In this document: positions 44,459 through 52,335 of the stretch, in pieces | Position numbering within the stretch: position 1 is the stretch's first letter | How the letters are laid out: the number at the start of each line of letters is the position of its first letter | Source of the DNA: a bacterium | GTDB lineage: Bacteria > Hinthialibacterota > Hinthialibacteria > Hinthialibacterales > Hinthialibacteraceae | Direction of reading: 5' to 3' | Length of the DNA stretch: 64,000 bases | NCBI GenBank assembly: GCA_963662285.2 | Contig: CAXXMV010000008.1 | Span: 1,120,001 to 1,184,000 of the forward strand | Notes under the pieces: model-generated | Told to the model about the DNA's origin: nothing | What the model saw: only the letters and a program-made list of their open reading frames with translations | Database searches by the model: none | Program-made: the position numbers and the translations under genes

Positions 44459-44827
44459 GGAACAACCATTCAGATTGTGAACATAAGGATTTTTACCTAT
44501 GAATGATTCCAAACAACAGGCTCGCCTTCGCCCCGTCATTCGAGTGTTTGTCAGTTCAACGTTCAGCGACATGAAGCATGAGCGGAACGCTTTGGAGGCC
44601 GATGCCTTTCCGAAACTGGAGCAGCATTGTCAGCGCCAAGGGTTTCAGTTCCAGGCGATCGATCTGCGCTGGGGCGTCTCGACTGAAGTCGGCCTGGATC
44701 ACCGGACGATGCGGATCTGTTTTCCGTTTAGGGCAAATGTCCGGTAGTTAAAATTAGAAGGTGTCCCTTCCGAAAAACCATCCGATAACGGATGGAGAAG
44801 AAAAAAAACGGAAAGGAAGAGACACCC

Positions 44828-45700
44828 ATGATAAGTCCTACCCCAAACTCTCGTGAGAGTCAACAGGCTCGGCAGGAAAGTAAAACGCTAGCGCAGCAAC
44901 TGATCAATCGGGCGGTGGAAGGAACGGGGATGAGTCCCTGGGAAGCGGAAATCCTGGTGGACGTGGTTCAGGAGGTGTATTTTACCGAACCGGGAAATGC
45001 GCCCCTTCGTTCGGGTCAAATGCGCTACGACTGTGTGGCGGCGAACGAAGGAGTGGGCAAAGCGATCCGGGCGTGCCGGATGGTGAGCGTGGTCTTAACC
45101 CTGGTGGAAAAAGACGATTCGCAAGTAGTCGCCCAATTCAGCGTACAAGCCCTGCGCCAGGCGAGAATCCTGCGCCTTACGGAAGAAGCCTTCGAACAAG
45201 GAGGCGTGCTGACCCAGGAGGATTTGGCGCTGATTCTCAACAGCGACGTGCGCACCATTCGCCGGGATATTAGGGAACTGCGGGAGCGGAAAGGCATTCA
45301 CGCGCCCACCCGGGGCCAGGTGAAAGACATTGGCCCCGGCGTCACCCACAAAGAAGCGGCGCTCCAATTGTGGCTGGAAGGCCGCGAGCCGGTGGAGGTG
45401 GCCCGCCGCCTGAATCACACCCTGCACGCCGTGGAACGCTACATCCAGCATTTCAGCCGGGCGGCGTTTCTCCACCGCAAGGGATTCGCACCGCTGCAGA
45501 TTGCGCTGACGGTCGGTATTTCTTCGGCGGCGGCGCAGTTGTATCGGGACTTTTACGAACGATGCAAACGCAAGCGGGCGTATCAAGCGCGGTTGCGGGA
45601 GTTGGAGTGTATCGGCCTTCAGCACTATCAAGCGGAGGACGAGAAAAAAGGGGGACCTTTGCCCGGAAGGAATACGAAAAGCGGAAGGAGGCGGCCATGA
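44828..45700 (+). CDS. DUF1670-like protein A
   Basis: RLTEEAFEQGGVLTQEDLA, HTH SDVRTIRRDI, PTRGQVKDIGPGVTHK, NHTLHAVERY. ATG at 44828 preferred (track start 44792). Confidence 0.75.
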   Translation: MISPTPNSRESQQARQESKTLAQQLINRAVEGTGMSPWEAEILVDVVQEVYFTEPGNAPLRSGQMRYDCVAANEGVGKAIRACRMVSVVLTLVEKDDSQVVAQFSVQALRQARILRLTEEAFEQGGVLTQEDLALILNSDVRTIRRDIRELRERKGIHAPTRGQVKDIGPGVTHKEAALQLWLEGREPVEVARRLNHTLHAVERYIQHFSRAAFLHRKGFAPLQIALTVGISSAAAQLYRDFYERCKRKRAYQARLRELECIGLQHYQAEDEKKGGPLPGRNTKSGRRRP

Positions 45701-46506
45701 AAACGCATCTCGATCACAACGCCGCCGCCTACGGCCCGGTGCAGTTCAAAACGTTCGCCGGGGCGTTGAACGCCTTCTTTCACCAGGAATGCCCTCAACT
45801 GGGCGGTCAGCGCACCCGACAGGTGCTGGTGCAGAGCGTCGTGGAGATGGTCGACCGATTCTATCCCGAAACCACGCACCTGCGTCCCGGTCAGATCGTT
45901 TGGACCACGGTGGATAAAAACGAGAAGGGCTCCTACGGCAAGAAGATTACTCAGAGCGAACTCACCAGCGTGGTGTTGGATCTGGTGCGGCCCGAAGACG
46001 CGGTGGAACGGGCCCGGGGCAAGCGCTTGCGGGACATAAAACGGGAAGCGGCGGCGCGCTTGTTCACGCAGGCGTACGAGCAGAACGGCTGCATGACCAA
46101 TGCCGAGGTGGCCATTCTCCTGAAAATCTCAGCGGCGACCGTGGGCAAATACATTCAGCAATGGGAAACGGAACACGACCGGTTGTTGCCCCGCCGGGGA
46201 ACGATTCACGATCTCGGTCCCACCCTGACCCACAAGAAAGTCATCATTCAAAAACTCTTTTTGGAAGGCAAGTCGGTGGGACAGGTGCAGAGGGAAACCT
46301 ATCATAGTCCGGAAGCCATTCATCGCTATATCCAGACATTTCGACAAGTCCTCTTATGTCGCCAGAAAGGATTCTCGAATGAAGAAATCTCCTTCGCCCT
46401 CAAAATCAGCAAGCGGTTGGCAGTCGAGTACCAATCTCTGATGGATGAGATGATCCATGAATATCAGTCTCTGGAATATCTCCTGAACCTTGATATTCCT
46501 GCGTAA
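45697..46506 (+). CDS. DUF1670-like protein B, paralogue of A
   Basis: ATGA overlap with A and a GGAGG RBS; RLFTQAYEQNGCMTNAEVA, PRRGTIHDLGPTLTHK, YHSPEAIHRY. Confidence 0.78.
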   Translation: MKTHLDHNAAAYGPVQFKTFAGALNAFFHQECPQLGGQRTRQVLVQSVVEMVDRFYPETTHLRPGQIVWTTVDKNEKGSYGKKITQSELTSVVLDLVRPEDAVERARGKRLRDIKREAAARLFTQAYEQNGCMTNAEVAILLKISAATVGKYIQQWETEHDRLLPRRGTIHDLGPTLTHKKVIIQKLFLEGKSVGQVQRETYHSPEAIHRYIQTFRQVLLCRQKGFSNEEISFALKISKRLAVEYQSLMDEMIHEYQSLEYLLNLDIPA

Positions 46507-47820
46507 TCTTGATATTCAATTGATGATTCGATGGAAGAGGACACCTTGCACGCACCGGACATAAACCCTTATTTGACAAACTGCGGCGAGCGCAGGAGAT
46601 CTCTCCCAAGCCCAATTTTCTCATCCTGCTGGGCAACCGCTATGGCTGGCGGCCCCTGCCTGAAGAGATTTCCGTGGAGGAGTTCCGCACACTGGAGCAT
46701 GCCGCCGCGCAGATACCCGGCGGTGCCGACAAGTCAGCGGTCTCGGTTCTGTGGGAATGGTATCGTGAGGATACGAACGCCGTTCCGCCCGTCTATCCTA
46801 CCGCTCAGTCGATTGAGTAACGTAGTGACGCCCGTCCGGCAATGATTTACGCCTGCGGCTTCCGGACAAGCACCCGGAAGCCATCACCAGCCGTCCCTTG
46901 CTCCTCTATGGGGTTGCCAAACAGATCCATCACAGCGGTCAATCCACACTGACAATCACAAGTTCTCATAGACAGAGCGATATTATTCAGAAAATTTGGA
47001 GATCCTTGGCGGCTTTTCTTGCTTATCTGAAACGGAATGCGGAGCAGTTGGGGTGGGATGCTGATTCCGGTGAAAACGAACGGGGATTCCGGGAAGGAAA
47101 CGATCGCTTGTGTACGCGCCGCTCAGAAATTGACAACTGCCTGATGATGTTCTCAATTGGACAGAGCATGAGGTGGCGCGCTGGGCCAATGATGTCGTCG
47201 GAGGATGGCCGGGCACTTGGTTCTGGATACGAATGTTCTCACAAGGGCTTCCACCGGATCTCAAATGCAAGCGTTGTGACTACGAAGAAATAGCAAACTC
47301 CAATACCTTGCCACCTCCAGCGCAGTGTCCGCAATGTGGCTTCGCCACCAACGAAAACGAGGAACGAGAGTTTTGTGCAATTCTATTTTCTACGGGCCAT
47401 CTATTTGACTTCTTAATACGCGCGAGGTTTTGCACTCGTGAGCGTCTCGGTGGTATGTTACGATACTATTACCGCAACGCAGCTTAATGCACTTTACTTC
47501 AGGTAAACCATTCAAAAAGTATATCCCAAACCTCAGATTGTTGACTTTTCACGACTGGAACATAACAAAACTGTACAAGACTGAATCACAAACGATCGAG
47601 ATTCCTGCTAAATGCTGACCTCAAGTTACTATTCTTCAAGAACTTGATTGTCATTCGAGTTTTTTGCCCCACGGGCGGGAGAGTCCCAGCGATTCCGCCA
47701 TCCGCCAAACGGCCGCCGCCGCTCCGTATTCGCGGGAGCGCTCGATGCGGAATCCGGCCGGTACGGTTGAGGGGCATCCCTGCTTGATAAACTCGCGCAG
47801 AGATACCAGTTGGGCGTGAG

Positions 47821-49209
47821 TCAGTCCGGTGATCCGTCCACGGGTGCGGTGACGGACCCGTCCGTCCTGGCGGGAGGTTTCCCGGAAGAGCCCGTAGGAA
47901 TCCTATGGTATTCAATCTCTTCCAGCACTTCCTTTGCATAGACCTTGTTGAATTCCACAAAACCTCCATTTTCACATTTAATATGCATATCCGGCAGACG
48001 AACTCTAAGCCCAATGTCGGCGGGAAGGATGGGTATGCCATCAGGTGTTGGACTTTGCGGTGGTTTTCCATCTACCTCAACGGCTGCATAGTATGGCAAG
48101 CCTTTCATCCTCGGATCGTCTACCACTCGCTGCACAAAGGCAGTGCGTCCATTGGTGCCGATACGACCGAACTCGTACCCCCACTCGGTTAATATGACGA
48201 GTTCTGGCTTATTCTTTAAATTCGAAAGGATTTCTACTGTCCCTTGTAAGCCGAGATGCCCCCCAGGGCTGTAGCGTTTCGCTCCTTTCTTCTCGAGTCC
48301 CCCAATGTGCAAAACCAGCAGATTGGAATTTTCGTAGAACGATGCAAGATAAGCTCCATTAAGATCGTCTTCCTTGCCAGCATTGATAGCCGTGTCGCCA
48401 GAGATAACAATCGCCGGTAGTTTATGCGAAGGAGTCTGAACCTCGGACGTCTCGGTTTTGGGATTCATAAGTTCGATTCGCATCCCAAATGCCGTCATTG
48501 CTCCCAAGAGTTCCTTGTGATAAGCCGGTAGTACTTTGAGAGTATAACTATATTTTTTGTTAACAGAATCGGTTGCCGCCGTGCGAAAAGCGAGAAGAAA
48601 CGGTTCCCGATCAAGAATCGTTTTTTCGCTTTTTTCAAGAAACGATGGAATATCCTGACGAACCTTGATTTCCTCTGAACCGTTTGGCAATACCCGTCGC
48701 CAAAAGAAAAAAGGGGCATTGTCGGGATGTTCCAACATCGACGCATACATGTCCGCCACGCCATAACTGACGATCATGTCCCATACTTTTGGCGTCTCCG
48801 GCGGCTTCCGGATTTTGACGCGCCAGCCGTTATACTGACGAAACAAGGAGATCAACGAAGCAAGGTCGTGACAATGATCCAAGTGATCGTGCGTAACGAT
48901 GACCATGTCGATATGGCCCAGGTTATAACGCGTTTCGCTTTGGAACAGTTTCAGAAAGCCACAACCAGGATCGATGACAGTCCCCTTACCACCCCACTGA
49001 AGGAAATACCCACCCCCCATAATGTTATAAAGGGTTGGAGTATGCGAATTCCAGCGCCGCAAAATTCGTAGTTCTCCCTGTCCTTCCCCAATACCGTCCT
49101 TCGCATTATCAGGTTCACGCCAAAAAACATCAGGCCCTTTCGATATCTCCTCGCCCTCTCGAACCAGTTCCAGTATCTCTTCCAGGCTCAGATGAAGGCC
49201 ATTACTCAT
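47821..49209 (-). CDS. Metallo-beta-lactamase-fold hydrolase
   Basis: GGGYFL..VIDPG, THDHLDH (HxHxDH), AYH, SGDT, GHLG. Confidence 0.88.
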   Translation of the reverse strand: MSNGLHLSLEEILELVREGEEISKGPDVFWREPDNAKDGIGEGQGELRILRRWNSHTPTLYNIMGGGYFLQWGGKGTVIDPGCGFLKLFQSETRYNLGHIDMVIVTHDHLDHCHDLASLISLFRQYNGWRVKIRKPPETPKVWDMIVSYGVADMYASMLEHPDNAPFFFWRRVLPNGSEEIKVRQDIPSFLEKSEKTILDREPFLLAFRTAATDSVNKKYSYTLKVLPAYHKELLGAMTAFGMRIELMNPKTETSEVQTPSHKLPAIVISGDTAINAGKEDDLNGAYLASFYENSNLLVLHIGGLEKKGAKRYSPGGHLGLQGTVEILSNLKNKPELVILTEWGYEFGRIGTNGRTAFVQRVVDDPRMKGLPYYAAVEVDGKPPQSPTPDGIPILPADIGLRVRLPDMHIKCENGGFVEFNKVYAKEVLEEIEYHRIPTGSSGKPPARTDGSVTAPVDGSPD

Positions 49210-49760
49210 CTACGGCCTCCTCTCTGACGAATCTGAGCCAGTTCTTTATCTACATTTATGATTTCATCATGAATCCTCTGATATGTTTCCAGCATACTGT
49301 TTGACTGCTTTTCAAGAATCTGCAATGATTCTTGGATCTTTTCGGTGGATTGAGTAATCTTGCGGATGTCCTCAGTCGTTGATTTAGCTCGCTCTATAAT
49401 ATCCAGGAGCAGGGTGATATCAGACTCCTTCTCCAGGTAATACGATGCTCCGGCAGCCATGCACTTCATGGCATTCTTATATTCGTCATTCCCTGTATAG
49501 ACGATAGACACAATAGTTGGGTATTTCGATGTTAGAAGTTTGATAATCCGCAGCCCTGATTCATTTATGGAGAGTTCCCTCTGTTTGGCGGGAAATATCA
49601 TGTCTACAATCGCAATGGAAATATCGTCTCCATGATCGGACAGAACCTTCTCCGTTTCCTCTTCATCCACTGCAGACAATACTTCGTAACCCTTTTGACT
49701 AAGTATTTTGCGCAATGCATTCGAGAGGTCTACGTCATCCTCAACGATCAAAATCCTCAT
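49206..49760 (-). CDS. Response regulator (receiver + coiled coil, no DNA-binding domain)
   Basis: MRILIVEDD, IVDMIFP, VYTG, YLEK, helical tail; ATG at 49760. Confidence 0.85.
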   Translation of the reverse strand: MRILIVEDDVDLSNALRKILSQKGYEVLSAVDEEETEKVLSDHGDDISIAIVDMIFPAKQRELSINESGLRIIKLLTSKYPTIVSIVYTGNDEYKNAMKCMAAGASYYLEKESDITLLLDIIERAKSTTEDIRKITQSTEKIQESLQILEKQSNSMLETYQRIHDEIINVDKELAQIRQRGGRR

Positions 49761-52335
49761 GATAGCACGTTTCCTTTTCTGCGTAGTATGGGAAAACCAG
49801 TGTAAATCGGGCACCTTGTTCGTAGGTATTATCGTAGTACACATTTCCTTGAGCGGAGAGTGCAAACACGCGGCAATGTATCAAGCCCATGCCTAGCCCT
49901 GTATTTTTACTGCTGCTCATCTTCTTGAAAAGACGGGGTTTCATATCGCTTGAAACACCTGGGCCATTGTCCTCAATATCGAAAGCCAGACCTGGGAGAG
50001 CCGATTCAATCATTCGGTTCTCTTTATCAGTAGCGAATCGCACAACAATCCTAATCCGTTTGTCTCCTTCATTCTCCTTTACAGCATCCATTGCGTTATC
50101 GAGAAGTACTTCCAGGCAGAGTTTCAGACCCGCCTTATCGATAGATACTATTTTCAGCGTTTCCACATACTCGAGATTGACCTTTACACCTTTGACGGGT
50201 GTAACAATTTCCGTTACGATCTCCTTCAGGTAGTCTGAAAGGGAAATAATTTCTTTACGGGATTCCGTCGGACGTTTGAGATTAAGCACGTCATCACGAA
50301 TGCGGCTGATCTTTAATAATTGGTTTTTGATGCCATCAATCAGATCCTGCATGTCCGGTAAAAGTTTGCCTTGATCCTTCAGTTGGGTTTCGAGCATCGT
50401 CAGAACGATCCCAGCAGTAGCAAGTGGCGTTTTTATATTATGTAGTACAAGTCCCAGGATATCTGATAGCGCATCGGATTCCGCTTTCTCGATACTTTTC
50501 TGTTCAACAATATAGTCGTGTAGGGCCATCGTGGCGCGTTTGGCTAAGTCGCGAATAACAGCGATCTTTCTCTCGTCACGATAGTTGGTGGTAATTTTGC
50601 TGTGTAAGCCAAGCACACCGATACAGACGCCATCCAGGATTAAAGGTTCGTAACAGAGAGCGTTTGCGTCCTTAAGAACCTCACGAGATTCTTCGCTCAG
50701 TTTCTCGCGGAATGTCTTAATGATATTTTCATTAACAACGATATCCACCAACGTTTCCGCTCGTGCTGTAATCGTTCGACAAGACCAGGATTGTTCATAA
50801 GAAAGTTGGTATTCGTTATTTACCACATTTTCGTATGCACAAAGATTTGGTATCTTCAGTCGGATGAGTTTGGCATTAGAGCCGTCCACGTATCGTATTA
50901 CATACTGCTGGCTGTCGGTAAGTTCGCACACCTGCTTTACGATAATTTGGAGTTGACTCTCAGGAGTGGTCTGGGTTTGCAATGACTGCTCGATTTTAGA
51001 AACTTGCGCTGAGGCCAATACGATATGTTCTGGAATTCTCGCACGATCGTCTTGGGTGGCGCGAAGAACCTCATGCGCGTAGGGCTTAAGAAGCGCGGCG
51101 GTATCTAGTTTAATTTTATCGCAGCCCACTTCGAGGAGCGCGATCGTCCGATTGTTTTCGATAATCGGGATATAGATATAAGGTAATCTATCCAGGCCGG
51201 GCAAAACCAAGTCGTAACCAGTTGGTTTTATGAAACTGTATCCATATCCCGTCTCCCGAGCATTGATCTCCGCTTCCAACAAGTTTAATGGATCAAACGC
51301 ATGAATATTAACTGTAATGTCCAGCTTCGGTGGAACTCGTATGCCAGCTGCTGCCTTCAGGATGAACGTCTCGTTGCTGGTACTGGGATCTCTCTGATAT
51401 ACTCGACAGTATTGAAAGAGGTGTGCTTCAGTATACTTTTCCAAGGTAATCCCAAGCGTAGCTTCCGCGATAATTTGAAGACGCTTCGATAAAGGTATCG
51501 CCTTTAGTTCCAGACTGTCCGTAAGATCCTGAACGGATTCCATGACTGCCAGAGGTCTGCCATCCGGTGTCTTAACGATTTCGCCAGCCGCATTCGTCAC
51601 GGGTTGCGCCCATACTTTCAAGAAAAAGACTCGCTCCTTATCGCGAAATGGAAGAGGTCTAAGAAAGATTTTTTCATGAGATATTCCATGAGTCAGAGAA
51701 AGATTAACTAAACATCCAGGGCAAGGACAGTATGGGTAGTCATGCCAGTGCGAACAGGGCTTTTTGGGAAGGTCTGGCCCGATCAAGCCAATAATCTCCC
51801 GCATTCGCTCATTCATAAACCAGACCTTAAAATGCCGGTCAATGATGTCCATCCCAATATTGAGTTGCGTCAGAAGGGACGGAGCGGCGGCGCGGGCTTC
51901 GAAAAAGTTCGATATCCAATCGCGTAAACTGGTCAGTTGTTCGATTTCTGATACGAAATCATGAATATCCTTCTTTCGATCCTTTTGATAAACATTCCAT
52001 TCCAGATAACGATACGCCCCAGCCTCAAGAGCCTTAAACTTACACTCAATAATCTCTGGAGAGGTATCTACAGGCACATTCGAGAAAATGACCGGGTAGA
52101 TTCGCGGGGCGATATTGACAAGTTTTTCTGTCGTTTCAATGCCGTTTAGACCTTTGCCCAGTTGATGATCCACAACAGCGAACTGGAAGCGGGAGGGATC
52201 CTCAGAAAGAATCTTTATCGCCTCCTCGCCGGTCTCCGCCCCAACAACTGTTCCATAGTCGGCGCGCAGTTCCTCCTCCAAGTGTTCCCGGTAGTCGCAA
52301 TCATCGTCGATAAGGAGGATGCCTTGCTTTTTCAT
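49741..52335 (-). CDS. Hybrid histidine kinase (REC-PAS-GAF-like-HK)
   Basis: LLIDDD / VVDHQL receiver, Cys-rich PAS-like CSHWHDYPYCPCPGC, HNIKTPL H-box, LLDNAMDA, EDNGPG, GLGMGL; ATG at 52335. Confidence 0.88.
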   Translation of the reverse strand: MKKQGILLIDDDCDYREHLEEELRADYGTVVGAETGEEAIKILSEDPSRFQFAVVDHQLGKGLNGIETTEKLVNIAPRIYPVIFSNVPVDTSPEIIECKFKALEAGAYRYLEWNVYQKDRKKDIHDFVSEIEQLTSLRDWISNFFEARAAAPSLLTQLNIGMDIIDRHFKVWFMNERMREIIGLIGPDLPKKPCSHWHDYPYCPCPGCLVNLSLTHGISHEKIFLRPLPFRDKERVFFLKVWAQPVTNAAGEIVKTPDGRPLAVMESVQDLTDSLELKAIPLSKRLQIIAEATLGITLEKYTEAHLFQYCRVYQRDPSTSNETFILKAAAGIRVPPKLDITVNIHAFDPLNLLEAEINARETGYGYSFIKPTGYDLVLPGLDRLPYIYIPIIENNRTIALLEVGCDKIKLDTAALLKPYAHEVLRATQDDRARIPEHIVLASAQVSKIEQSLQTQTTPESQLQIIVKQVCELTDSQQYVIRYVDGSNAKLIRLKIPNLCAYENVVNNEYQLSYEQSWSCRTITARAETLVDIVVNENIIKTFREKLSEESREVLKDANALCYEPLILDGVCIGVLGLHSKITTNYRDERKIAVIRDLAKRATMALHDYIVEQKSIEKAESDALSDILGLVLHNIKTPLATAGIVLTMLETQLKDQGKLLPDMQDLIDGIKNQLLKISRIRDDVLNLKRPTESRKEIISLSDYLKEIVTEIVTPVKGVKVNLEYVETLKIVSIDKAGLKLCLEVLLDNAMDAVKENEGDKRIRIVVRFATDKENRMIESALPGLAFDIEDNGPGVSSDMKPRLFKKMSSSKNTGLGMGLIHCRVFALSAQGNVYYDNTYEQGARFTLVFPYYAEKETCYHEDFDR

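Larger units (their letters stand above)
44724..46571 (+). mobile_element. Unclassified 1.85-kb insertion element with two DUF1670-like genes
   Basis: Splits a gene whose intact paralogue is in the window. Outer IR TTAGGGCAAATGTCCGGT / ACCGGACATAAACCCTTA; inner IR AAGGTGTCCCTTCC / GGAAGAGGACACCTT; TTT on both sides. Confidence 0.88.
44499..46820 (+). pseudogene. NLR-like gene copy 3, N-terminus only, split by the two-gene element
   Basis: MNDSKQQARLRPVIRVFVSSTFS..HRTMRICF, resuming after 46571 as DKLRRAQEISPKPNFLILLGNRYGWRPLP..WYREDTNAVPPVY, then a stop. Confidence 0.88.

Noticed and set aside
45370-45696. N-terminal extension of the 378-aa ORF in the track
   Set aside because: It overlaps gene A in another frame; the ATG at 45697 has a GGAGG RBS and an ATGA overlap.
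30684-46820. Diversity-generating retroelement or CRISPR as the cause of the repeats
   Set aside because: No reverse transcriptase, no adenine-specific mismatch pattern noticed, no short repeat-spacer periodicity and no cas genes.
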